NCBI GenBank assembly: GCA_046263015.1
Contig: JBHELS010000251.1
Span: forward strand, 1-34,292
Length of the DNA: 34,292 nt
Source: Burkholderiales bacterium
GTDB taxonomy: Bacteria; Pseudomonadota; Gammaproteobacteria; Burkholderiales; SG8-39
Reading direction: 5' to 3'
Shown: positions 7,890 through 17,617 of the stretch, one piece after another
How positions within the stretch are numbered: the stretch's first letter is position 1
How the letters are laid out: each line of letters starts with the position of its first letter
Translations under genes and position numbers: made by a program
The notes under the pieces: generated by a model
What the model saw: only the letters and a program-made list of their open reading frames with translations
Database searches by the model: none
What the model was told of the DNA's origin: nothing

Positions 7890-8186
7890 ATGAAGCTGCT
7901 GCAGAGTCTTATTCTTGCCGCCCTCGTGGCAGTCGGCGGGTCCGCGTTCGCGCAGACCACCACGCCGAAGGACACGGTGAAGGCCGACAAGGAGCAGATC
8001 AAGAAGGACAAGGATCAGATCAAGGCCGATCGCAAGGCCGGCAACAAAGACGCCGTCAAAGCCGACCAGGACAAGCTGAAGTCGGACCAGGCGAAGATGA
8101 AGGCGGATCGCAAAGCCGCCCGCGATGCAAAAAAACAAGCGAAAGCACAGGGCAGCACCGCGACGCCCGCGCCGCAAACGAAGTAA
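7890..8186 (+). CDS. Exported lysine-rich protein built of 11-residue repeats (LEA-like amphipathic helix)
   Basis: GGAGGAAG lies 3 nt upstream of ATG 7890. Signal peptide MKLLQSLILAALVAVGGSAFA. Then VKADKEQIKKD / KDQIKADRKAG / NKDAVKADQDK / LKSDQAKMKAD repeats. A terminator follows. Confidence 0.75.
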   Translation: MKLLQSLILAALVAVGGSAFAQTTTPKDTVKADKEQIKKDKDQIKADRKAGNKDAVKADQDKLKSDQAKMKADRKAARDAKKQAKAQGSTATPAPQTK

Positions 8187-8203
8187 CGCTAGTCGCGATT
8201 ACT

Positions 8204-8240
8204 AGGCCCGCCGCCGCCAGGTGTCGGGCCTTTTTCTTTT
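8204..8240 (+). terminator. Rho-independent terminator
   Basis: AGGCCCG (8204-8210) pairs with CGGGCCT (8225-8231) and is followed by TTTTTCTTTT (8231-8240). It lies 18 nt after the stop at 8186. Confidence 0.7.
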
Positions 8241-8284
8241 CCGGTATCGTGGCGCGGCCGCGAACTTAGAAACCGCTGACCGGA

Positions 8285-8674
8285 TTGAGCCTTCGCTACG
8301 ACATCGAGCCGCGCGTCGGGTATCTCTATGTCGCCATCACCGGTACGCTCGCCGTCGATTCGGCCGAGGTGGCGCTCGCGGACGTGTTCGCCGTCGCCGC
8401 GCGGGCGCGTCAGCCGCGCATCCTCCTCGACTGCTCTAGCCTCTCAGGCGCCTGGGGCCCGACCGAGCGCTACGCCGTTGGCTCGTTCATCGCAGGCGAG
8501 ATGGAGCGCCGCGCGAGCCAGTTCCCGGAGCGGCCTCGGCTTGCGATCTATGCGGTGGCGCCGCTCATGGACCCGAACCGCTACACACAAACCGTCGCCA
8601 CCAACCGCGGCGCGCTCGTGCGCGCTTCCGATAGCCTGCAGGAGCTCCTCTCCTGGCTCGGCGTTAAAGAGTGA
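8285..8674 (+). CDS. Hypothetical protein, possibly SpoIIAA/STAS-like fold
   Basis: 129-codon ORF with a TTG start and high third-position GC. The pattern YLYVAITGTLAVDSA...ILLDCSSLSG resembles STAS-type domains. This is a weak, motif-level call only. Confidence 0.5.
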   Translation: MSLRYDIEPRVGYLYVAITGTLAVDSAEVALADVFAVAARARQPRILLDCSSLSGAWGPTERYAVGSFIAGEMERRASQFPERPRLAIYAVAPLMDPNRYTQTVATNRGALVRASDSLQELLSWLGVKE

Positions 8675-8704
8675 CAGTCACCATTTTAAAAGGGTGACTG
8701 TCAC
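8671..8704. repeat. Perfect 12-bp inverted repeat GTGACAGTCACC / GGTGACTGTCAC with 10-nt AT-rich spacer; each arm is itself palindromic
   Basis: Read directly: 8671-8682 and 8693-8704 are exact reverse complements. It fills the gap between the stop at 8672-8674 (+) and the stop at 8707-8709 (-). Confidence 0.85.
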
Positions 8705-8706
8705 GG

Positions 8707-10308
8707 TTACGGCAGGCCGACCACCAGCGCGTCTTTCGGGTAGGTGATGACGTAATCGGCGACGAATTTCAGCGTCTCGCCCGGGGCGAGCGGCTGCTCC
8801 CACGCGTAGACGCCGCGGCGCTCTTCCCAGTTGGCGCTCTTGGGCTTGGGCTGGAAGCTGGTCTCGACCGAGATCTGATCGTTCACCGCCACCGGCGCCG
8901 CTTCGAGGAGCAGCAGCTCGACCGGAACCTTGTGCCGGCTGGTGACCGTGTACAGCGTCGAGACCTGCCGCTCGGCCCGCTGGCCGATCAGGCCCGCGGC
9001 GCCGCTTCGGTCCTTCAGGCGGTTGATCGCCACCTGCACGCGATCGTCGCGGCCAAAGGGCAGCACCACTTTGCTTTTCGCCTGCGCTTGCCAGTAGGTA
9101 GAGCCAACATAGGCGCCGTCGCGATAGAGCTGCATGTCGCCCGGGATCCAGACGCCTTGGGGCGTGTCCGCTTCGGCGGTGACCGTGGCGGCGACGTCGC
9201 GACGCGGCACGATACGGATTCGCTGCTTGACGGCGAGCGCTTGCGTCGCGAGCGCGACGGTGGTCTGCCGGCCGTCCGCGGCAATATCGACTCGGCCCGG
9301 CACGTCGAACTCGGTCGCGTACTCGGTCTCGAACTGCTCGATCTTCGCTTCGCTCGCGTCCGCCCGCTCGCGCAGGAGCCCGCGCGCCGCAGGCGCTTGC
9401 GCGACCGAGGATGAAAGGAGCGCGTCGGTCATCGCCTTGGGCTGCGGCGGCCGAATGACGAGCTGCCAGGGGTTGGGGTCGATCAGCTGCGCAGCGCGAG
9501 GCTGGCCGGTGGAGAGTCGGAGCTTCACGCCGCGCCAATCCTCGCCCGTGCGCTGCGACACCGCGGCTTGGCGCTCGAGCTCCACGCGCGACGTGGCCGA
9601 ATCGAGCGACGCGCGATACGTCGGACGCCATCCAGCGTTGGCGACGTGATACGCGGCGCGAACTTCGCCCGCCCGCGTCGCCGAGTAGGCGATGCTGAGC
9701 GTGCGTACATCGCGCGCTCCGCTTCTCAGGCGTGCGAGATCGCCTTCGAGCATCGCGACGGTCTTGGCAACCTCGCGTTTCTTGATCTCGATCCGCTGGA
9801 TGCTGCCGTAAGCATCCGCGCCGCCGCGGCGGATCGCGTCGAGGAGCGCAGGCAGCGCCTTCGGGTCGATGGCGATCGCCGGCTGCTTTTCGTCCGCGCC
9901 GGGACGGCGGCTGAGCGAGGCGAGATAGTCGCGCACGAGCTCGGCCGTCTTGATTTGGGCATCGAGCGCTGCGGTCTCGTCTTTGAGCGCCTGGATCTTC
10001 GCTTCGAGCGCCGCCTCACGTGCGCCGAGCGACTCGGCCCTGCTCATATCGTGCACGGCGATCTCGCCGATGATGATGCCCGCGTCCGCTTCTACGCGAA
10101 GCGTGCGCATGTCGAAGTTGGCCGGCAGACCGGCCATCTCGAGGCGCCCTGAGCCGGCGGCGGCGCGCGCGGAGCGCTCGATCGTCGCGCTACCGGGGTA
10201 AAGGGTCACGCTCGCGATGCGACTGGAGTCCTGCGCCGCCGCAGAAGCGGCGAATGAAATGACAACGACTGCGGCGCCGGCCGCGGCACCGATAGCGGGG
10301 TGTTTCAT
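8707..10308 (-). CDS. DUF4139/DUF4140-type conserved exported protein (mucoidy-inhibitor MuiA-like family)
   Basis: 533-aa ORF. ATG 10308 with AAGGAGGAA upstream. Signal peptide ...ISFAASAAAQD. Central coiled coil (EAKIQALKDETAALDAQIKTAE). Long beta-rich C-terminal domain. The architecture matches that family from memory; no search was done. Confidence 0.8.
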   Translation of the reverse strand: MKHPAIGAAAGAAVVVISFAASAAAQDSSRIASVTLYPGSATIERSARAAAGSGRLEMAGLPANFDMRTLRVEADAGIIIGEIAVHDMSRAESLGAREAALEAKIQALKDETAALDAQIKTAELVRDYLASLSRRPGADEKQPAIAIDPKALPALLDAIRRGGADAYGSIQRIEIKKREVAKTVAMLEGDLARLRSGARDVRTLSIAYSATRAGEVRAAYHVANAGWRPTYRASLDSATSRVELERQAAVSQRTGEDWRGVKLRLSTGQPRAAQLIDPNPWQLVIRPPQPKAMTDALLSSSVAQAPAARGLLRERADASEAKIEQFETEYATEFDVPGRVDIAADGRQTTVALATQALAVKQRIRIVPRRDVAATVTAEADTPQGVWIPGDMQLYRDGAYVGSTYWQAQAKSKVVLPFGRDDRVQVAINRLKDRSGAAGLIGQRAERQVSTLYTVTSRHKVPVELLLLEAAPVAVNDQISVETSFQPKPKSANWEERRGVYAWEQPLAPGETLKFVADYVITYPKDALVVGLP

Positions 10309-10353
10309 ATTTCCTCCTTGTACGACCTATAAACGGACCGCGCCGGCATTCGG

Positions 10354-10382
10354 GTTAAAGCGTGACTGTCACCAATTACAAT
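10354..10382 (+). promoter_or_regulatory. Third GTGACTGTCACC palindrome lying in the spacer of a promoter-like TTAAAG-N16-TACAAT upstream of the ABC exporter
   Basis: GTTAAAGcGTGACTGTCACCAATTA (10354-10378) matches GTTAAAGaGTGACAGTCACCATTTT (8663-8687) at 21/25 positions. TACAAT lies at 10377-10382, 47 nt before the TTG 10429 start. The promoter assignment is inference only. Confidence 0.3.
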
Positions 10383-10428
10383 AGCGGTTAAGAAAAGCGC
10401 GGCCGCAGAGCCGCTTGAAAGGAAAGTC

Positions 10429-12302
<1,874 letters not shown>

Positions 12303-12303
<1 letters not shown>

Positions 12304-12476
12304 TGCTGGCGGGCATCGTCGTCCCGACCTGCGCGTTCTTCGCCGCAACCTATTTCATCCGGCGCTGGATGAACGCGAACGACATCCCGAAGGGCATCGC
12401 GCGTGGTATGGCGGTCTTCACACTCGCGCTTGCCGTCTCTTATGTCGTCGGCTGGCTCGTCGGGCAGATTTCGTAG
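12303..12476 (+). CDS. 57-aa two-helix membrane protein, function unknown
   Basis: ATG 12303 overlaps the exporter stop (TGATG). MLAGIVVPTCAFFAATYFI...GMAVFTLALAVSYVVGWLVG gives two hydrophobic spans. GC-rich third positions. Confidence 0.5.
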
Positions 12477-12523
12477 CTAAGTAACGAAATAATTACGCGC
12501 CTCTCCCCCGATTTCGGCGCGGT

Positions 12524-12555
12524 TGTCAGGCACCGAACTGCAGCGCGTTGCCTGA
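12524..12555 (+). repeat. Direct repeat copy B (32 nt), intergenic; forms a 9-bp hairpin TGTCAGGCA/TGCCTGACA
   Basis: TGTCAGGCACCGAACTGCAGCGCGTTGCCTGA followed by CA. The stem is perfect here but weakened in copy A. Confidence 0.85.
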
Positions 12556-12562
12556 CAGCAGG

Positions 12563-12581
12563 ATTACGTACTTAGTACCGA
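12563..12581 (+). repeat. REP-like element, copy 1 (2 mismatches to ATTACGTACTTGGTACGGA)
   Basis: ATTACGTACTTAGTACCGA. It directly abuts the TAA stop (12582-12584, minus strand) of the Bug gene. Confidence 0.6.
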
Positions 12582-13541
12582 TTATTCCAGCCGGATATTC
12601 GCCGCCTTGATGATGCTCGCGTAGCGTTCCTGCTCGCGGGCGAGGAAGCCGGCCATTTCATCCGGCGAGCTCGGCGCGGGATCGAGGCCGAGGCTCGCGA
12701 GGCGTTCCCGCATGTCGGATTGCTGAAGAATGCGGTGCATCTCGGACGATAAGCGCTGCAGCACCTCGCGCGGCGTGCCGGCGGGCGCCGCGTAGCCAAT
12801 CCAGGCGGCGGCATCGAAGCCTTTGAGATCGGTCGTTTCTGCGATCGGCGGCACGTCGGGCATCGCCACCGTGCGCTTCGCGCTCGACACGCCGAGCGCC
12901 TTCAGGCGTCCGGACTTCACATGCGGCAGCGTCGCGGCGATGGTTTCCATGGTGTAGGTGATCTGCCCGTTGATGATGTCGGTAATCGCGGGTGCCGTGC
13001 CCTTGTAGGGCACATGGCGCGCCTTGATGCCCGCCGTATGGTTGAAGAGCTCGGCGAAGAGATGCGCGGTTGCACCGGTGCCCGAAGAGGAGAACGTATA
13101 TTTGTCCGGGTTGGCACGCAGCTCGGCGATGAACTCGCGCGCGTTATTCGCCGGGAACGAAGGATTGGTGACGAGCACGTAAGCATTGCGGCAGATGAGG
13201 CTGATCGGCGCGAGGTCCTTCAGCGGATCGTAGGTGAGCTTCTGCAGCGAAGGCATGATCGACACCGGGCCGCTCGACGCCGCGAGCAGCGTGTAGCCGT
13301 CGGCCGCGCTCTTCACCACCGCATCCGTGCCGATCGAGCCACCGGCACCGGGCTTGTTGTCGACCACGAAGGGCTGACCGAGCGCCTGCTGCAGCTTATC
13401 CGCCACCACGCGCGCCGCGATATCGGTGGCCTGTCCCGGCGGCCAGGGCACGATCACCTTCACCGGCCGATTTGGATAAGTCTGCGCCGCTGCCGCGGCA
13501 GACACGACCAGCCATAGGACGGCGAACGAAATGCGAAGCAT
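12582..13541 (-). CDS. Bug/TctC-family substrate-binding protein
   Basis: Internal ATG 13541 of ORF 12582..13697, with GAGGAGG upstream. Signal peptide MLRISFAVLWLVVSAAAAAQ. YPNRPVKVIVPWPPGQATD. DNKPGAGG. Confidence 0.9.
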   Translation of the reverse strand: MLRISFAVLWLVVSAAAAAQTYPNRPVKVIVPWPPGQATDIAARVVADKLQQALGQPFVVDNKPGAGGSIGTDAVVKSAADGYTLLAASSGPVSIMPSLQKLTYDPLKDLAPISLICRNAYVLVTNPSFPANNAREFIAELRANPDKYTFSSSGTGATAHLFAELFNHTAGIKARHVPYKGTAPAITDIINGQITYTMETIAATLPHVKSGRLKALGVSSAKRTVAMPDVPPIAETTDLKGFDAAAWIGYAAPAGTPREVLQRLSSEMHRILQQSDMRERLASLGLDPAPSSPDEMAGFLAREQERYASIIKAANIRLE

Positions 13542-13787
13542 CGGATTCCTCCTCGGGGCGCCGATGCTAGCGCATCCATCCGGACTATCGGCGGAGCAAA
13601 CCGCACGTCGCGCATATGTCGTGAAATGCCAGCGCCGCATCGCCGAGGGCGCGGGCCACGCACCACCGCTCCGCCTCCATCCATGTTTTCCCGTCAAGGC
13701 GCCACGAGAGCTGTCGCATTCCCGCTACGACGCCCCCACCTGAGTGGCGCATCGCTTACAAACGCGCCGCCCGGTAGGGTAGGCGTC

Positions 13788-14462
13788 GTGAAGCGGCTCG
13801 TCCTTTTCTCTCTCGCACTCGGCGCCCTCGGCGGATGCTCGTCCCTCCTGCCGAAGAGCGCGGAGACGAGCGGCGATGCGAAGACCGCGTGGCATAGTTA
13901 CCGCCAGGCCGAAGAGACCTTTGCGCGCATCATCCCAGGCAAGACGACTGTTGAGGAGCTGCGAGCCGAGCATCTCGACCCGCGGGCCAACGCCAACATG
14001 CGGGTCGTGCCACGCTACGAGGTCGTGCAGCGCTTCGTGGTAAACAGCACGATCACGCCCGCCGACCTGGACGACGGCGTGCGCCAATGCCTCGAAGCGA
14101 AGGAGGCGTGCACCGCCTGGGAAATCAGCCAGCAGACGCTCGAGAAGAAGCGCATCGGAAACGCCGCTCTCGACCTGCTGCGCATGCGCCGCGAGACCCA
14201 GAGCTCCGGCTGGCGCTTCAGCGGACTTCTGCTTCTAAAAGAAGGCGTCGTGATCTACAAGCTGACTGGCGGCCAGCCGGGTATCCTTGAGATCGCGAAC
14301 AGCGAGGACAACCTCGCGCCGCTGCAGCTCGTTGGCAGCAAGCTGAACGCGTTGAACGGTATCGACGTCACCGACGTGCGTAACGGCATCAAGTCCGCCG
14401 GCACACCGGCGCCGAGCGGCAACACCGGCGACCCGGTCACCGCCTTCGGCATTCGCCGCTAG
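13788..14462 (+). CDS. Lipoprotein, function unknown
   Basis: GTG 13788 within ORF 13626..14462. Lipobox LGALGG|C. I recognise no motif in the remaining ~200 aa. Confidence 0.6.
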   Translation: MKRLVLFSLALGALGGCSSLLPKSAETSGDAKTAWHSYRQAEETFARIIPGKTTVEELRAEHLDPRANANMRVVPRYEVVQRFVVNSTITPADLDDGVRQCLEAKEACTAWEISQQTLEKKRIGNAALDLLRMRRETQSSGWRFSGLLLLKEGVVIYKLTGGQPGILEIANSEDNLAPLQLVGSKLNALNGIDVTDVRNGIKSAGTPAPSGNTGDPVTAFGIRR

Positions 14463-15428
14463 CTACTTCAGTAAGCCTGCGCTGCGCGCGATCTCGCGCA
14501 CGCGCCGCTGCTCGTCGCGCATCTCGGCAAGCATTTTTTCGGGCGGCGCATAGTCGGCGACGATGCCGAGCGGTTTCAGCCGGCTTGCGAGCTCGGGCGC
14601 GCGGATCGCGCGCTCGAGCGCCGGCACGAGCGCCGCGGTCACCTCCCTCGGTACGCCCGCCGGCGCGAAGAATCCGGTCCACACGCCAAAGAGCGGCTGC
14701 GCGAAGCCGAGCTCCGTGAGGGTAGGAATATCGGCGAACTCGGGCCACTTACTCGAGATGGCGAGCCCGCGCACCGCACCGCTCGTGAGGTGCGCGGTCA
14801 TCGTGCCGAGCGCGAGGATCACGCCTTCGATGTGGCCGCCGCGCATCGCGGTGACGGCCGGCGCGGCGCCCGTGAAAGGCACCATGGTGATGTTCGCCCC
14901 GGTAAGCGAATTGATGAGGCGCACGCAGAAGTCGCCGACCGAGCCGACGCCGGCGGTGCCGATCCTTACCGCGCCAGGATTTTTCTTCGCTTGCTCGATC
15001 ATCTCTCCGAATGTCCTGAACGGCTGGTCGGCGCCCACCGCGAGAATGCTGGGCGAGCGCATCGCGAGCGCTAGCGGCGTGAGATCGGTGAGCGGATCGT
15101 ACGCGGCCACCTGTGGTTCGAGGATCGCGCGGTAGACGAGTGCGGCGTTATTCGGGATGCCGATCGTCGCGCCGTCCTTCGCCGCCTTGACCACCAGTTC
15201 GGTGCCGAGCGCGCCGCCCGCGCCCGGACGGTTCACCGGCACGATGGACACCTTGAGCTCGCGGGCGAGGCGCTCGGCCATTGCGCGCGCCGCGGTGTCG
15301 GTCGCATCCCCCGCGGCGAGGGGGATGATGAGCGTCACCGGCCCGGACGGATAGCCCTGCGCGAAGCCAAGCGGCGCGGCGAGCGTGAGCGCCGCGGCGA
15401 AGAGCACGCCAATGAAACGCAGACGCAT
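14463..15428 (-). CDS. Bug/TctC-family substrate-binding protein
   Basis: 321-aa ORF. Signal peptide MRLRFIGVLFAAALTLAAPLGFAQ. YPSGPVTLIIPLAAGDATD. NRPGAGG. It starts 4 nt after the upstream gene's stop. Confidence 0.9.
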   Translation of the reverse strand: MRLRFIGVLFAAALTLAAPLGFAQGYPSGPVTLIIPLAAGDATDTAARAMAERLARELKVSIVPVNRPGAGGALGTELVVKAAKDGATIGIPNNAALVYRAILEPQVAAYDPLTDLTPLALAMRSPSILAVGADQPFRTFGEMIEQAKKNPGAVRIGTAGVGSVGDFCVRLINSLTGANITMVPFTGAAPAVTAMRGGHIEGVILALGTMTAHLTSGAVRGLAISSKWPEFADIPTLTELGFAQPLFGVWTGFFAPAGVPREVTAALVPALERAIRAPELASRLKPLGIVADYAPPEKMLAEMRDEQRRVREIARSAGLLK

Positions 15429-15432
15429 GCAG

Positions 15433-16299
15433 CTAGCCCACGACGAGCGCGCCGTGCTCGCTCTGTCCGTCGGTCATGCCGCGCGCCTTCATCCAGTCGT
15501 AGGCACGGTTGAAGAGCTCGGGGTCGTAGTAGTCGACGTGCTTATAGCGCACGAACGCGCGTAAAAGCTCGCGCGGCTCGAGCGCGCCCTTGGCGTGCGC
15601 GGTGACGTGATGCGCGTATTTGTAGAAGTCGGCGTTGATGAGATCCACCGCCTCATTTTCGGCGTCGTAGTAGCGCTTGCGCTCGTCGGGCGTAAGGTCC
15701 GCGGCCACCACCTCGCCGCCGCGATAGAAGCACGCGGCGATGACGTGCGCGCCTTCTTTGAGCGCCAGGCTGATGAAGGGCTCCATCACCGTGATGGCCC
15801 GGTACTCGCGGCTCTTCAACCCTTGCCAGCGAAACTGCGGCAGGCCGCCCTGCTGGATCTTCACGTGCTCACGCCCGACCGCGCTCTCGAGCATCTGCAA
15901 GGTCGTGTAGTGCGAGCCGGTGAGCTCCTGCACGACGACCGGCACATCCGCCATGTCACGCGGCGTCTGCAGCTTCTCATCGAAGGTGACAATCGCCTGC
16001 GCCGCGACCGCCGCGCGCAGCGCCGCCAGGCGGCCGCCGCGCTTGCCGCGCTCGAGCCGGTCGATGCTCGCCCACTCGCAGACGTTGTAGCTGTCCGCGG
16101 CGCCGCACTCGAACATTTCTTCCTTCAAGCGCTCGAATACTGACTTGTCGACGCTGTCGCGCTCGCGGTCGGCGTAGCTAGCGCTGAAGCTCACATCGAG
16201 CCCCGCGCGCGTGAACAGGCCTTCCTCGATGCCGACGATCACCGGCAGATCGAAGACCGGGTTGTTCGGTGCGATGCGAACCTGGGGACGTTCGGCCAT
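15433..16299 (-). CDS. NMT1/THI5-like periplasmic-binding-protein-fold protein without signal peptide
   Basis: Internal ATG 16299 of ORF 15433..16419, preceded by GAAGGAAAG. It begins MAERPQVRIAPNNPVFDLPVIVGIEEGLFTRAGLDV, a type-2 PBP N-terminus, with no hydrophobic leader. Confidence 0.65.
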   Translation of the reverse strand: MAERPQVRIAPNNPVFDLPVIVGIEEGLFTRAGLDVSFSASYADRERDSVDKSVFERLKEEMFECGAADSYNVCEWASIDRLERGKRGGRLAALRAAVAAQAIVTFDEKLQTPRDMADVPVVVQELTGSHYTTLQMLESAVGREHVKIQQGGLPQFRWQGLKSREYRAITVMEPFISLALKEGAHVIAACFYRGGEVVAADLTPDERKRYYDAENEAVDLINADFYKYAHHVTAHAKGALEPRELLRAFVRYKHVDYYDPELFNRAYDWMKARGMTDGQSEHGALVVG

Positions 16300-16396
16300 G
16301 ACTTTCCTTCTCGCTTGCGATGAGCTCCGAGGATACACCGCCAAGGCGGGAGCACCCGTTGTGCGACCCCCATGGCACGGCGACAATCTACGCCTC

Positions 16397-16702
16397 ATGA
16401 GCAACGCACCGCACGACATGGGCGGCGAGCCCGCCGGGCCGATCGATACGGTCGATCACGGCATGAAGTTCTGGGAAAAGCAGGCGAACGCGCTTCGCAA
16501 CACGCTGACGAGCGGCAAGATCGTGCGCCTCGATGAGCTGCGGCGCGCCGCCGAAGACCTGGGCAGCCGCTACTACGAGCTCGAGTACTTCGAGCGCACC
16601 ACCGAGGCGCTGCGCCGCGTGCTGCTCGAGCAGGGCTACTTCACCGAAGCCGAGCTCGCCGCGAAGATGGCCGAAGTGCGCCGCCGCTATGACCCTGCCT
16701 AG
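16397..16702 (+). CDS. Nitrile hydratase beta-subunit N-terminal-half homologue (thiocyanate hydrolase beta-like)
   Basis: ATG 16397 within ORF 16211..16702. MSNAPHDMGGEPAGP matches the HD(L/M)GG start of NHase beta. About 100 aa only. Confidence 0.75.
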   Translation: MSNAPHDMGGEPAGPIDTVDHGMKFWEKQANALRNTLTSGKIVRLDELRRAAEDLGSRYYELEYFERTTEALRRVLLEQGYFTEAELAAKMAEVRRRYDPA

Positions 16703-17003
16703 CGCCTATACCGAGGCAGCTGCGCGGCGCTTCAATATGGGCGATCGGGTGCGCGTGAAGCACGCCTTTCCGCCCGGTCACCGCCGCACGCCGCAGTACG
16801 TGCGCGGCAAGTCGGGCGTCATCGAACGCGTCTGCGGCCCCTTTGCCAATCCGGAGGAGCTCGCCTATGGGTTCGACGGCGAGCCAAAGCGCGTGCTCTA
16901 TCGCGTGCGCTTCCGGCAGCGCGATCTGTGGCCCGACTACGCCGGCGCCGACGGCGACCATCTTGAATTGGAGATCTACGAACATTGGCTGGAGCCGGCA
17001 TGA
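16689..17003 (+). CDS. Nitrile hydratase beta-subunit C-terminal-half homologue (thiocyanate hydrolase alpha-like)
   Basis: ATG 16689 overlaps the previous gene by 14 nt. FNMGDRVRVKHAFPPGHRRTPQYVRGKSGVIERV...LYRVRFRQRDLWPDY resembles the SH3-like C-terminal half of NHase beta. Confidence 0.75.
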   Translation: MTLPSAYTEAAARRFNMGDRVRVKHAFPPGHRRTPQYVRGKSGVIERVCGPFANPEELAYGFDGEPKRVLYRVRFRQRDLWPDYAGADGDHLELEIYEHWLEPA

Positions 17004-17617
17004 AGCATCACGACCACGACCACGCGCACGACCCCAGCTTCGACGAGGGAGCGCCGTGCGAGTACGAAATCATGAGCCGCGCCATGCAGGAGCTGCTCGA
17101 AGCGAAGGGCGTGATCAGCGCCGAGCAGGTGCGCCGGCGCATGGAGCAGTTCGACTCCGACTTTCCGCAGCGCGGGGCGCGCGTCATCGCGCACGCCTGG
17201 CTCGACGCGGATTTCAAGCGGCGCCTCCTCGCCGATGGCAAGCGCGCGTGCGCCGAGTACGGCATCGATCTCGAGGCGGATCGGCTGATCGCGGTGGAGA
17301 ACACGGCGCACGTGCACAACGTGATCGTGTGCACCCTCTGCTCGTGCTATCCGCGCGCGCTCCTCGGCATGCCGCCCACCTGGTACAAAAGCGAAAATTA
17401 TCGTCGCCGCGTAGTGCGTGAGCCACGCGCGGTGCTGCGTGAGTTCGGCACCGTCATTGCCGACGACGTGCAGGTGCGCGTGCACGATTCCAACGCCGAT
17501 ATGCGCTACGTCGTGGTGCCGATGCGCCCTGCAGGGGCCGAGGGCTGGAGCGAAGCGCGTCTCGCTTCAATCATCACGCGCGACGCGCTCGTCGGCGTCA
17601 CCTTGCCGAAGCCGTAA
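17000..17617 (+). CDS. Nitrile hydratase alpha-subunit homologue, cobalt-type claw (thiocyanate hydrolase gamma-like)
   Basis: ATG 17000 overlaps the previous stop (ATGA). Metal site VCTLCSCYP. His/Asp-rich N-terminus MKHHDHDHAHD. C-terminus RYVVVPMRPAGAEGWSE. Confidence 0.9.
   Translation: MKHHDHDHAHDPSFDEGAPCEYEIMSRAMQELLEAKGVISAEQVRRRMEQFDSDFPQRGARVIAHAWLDADFKRRLLADGKRACAEYGIDLEADRLIAVENTAHVHNVIVCTLCSCYPRALLGMPPTWYKSENYRRRVVREPRAVLREFGTVIADDVQVRVHDSNADMRYVVVPMRPAGAEGWSEARLASIITRDALVGVTLPKP

Noticed and set aside
13542-13697. Upstream extensions of the Bug gene (to 13697) and of the NMT1-like gene (16300-16419)
   Set aside because: The extensions lack coding-like composition. Internal ATGs carry strong SD sequences, and for the Bug gene the internal start gives a proper signal peptide.
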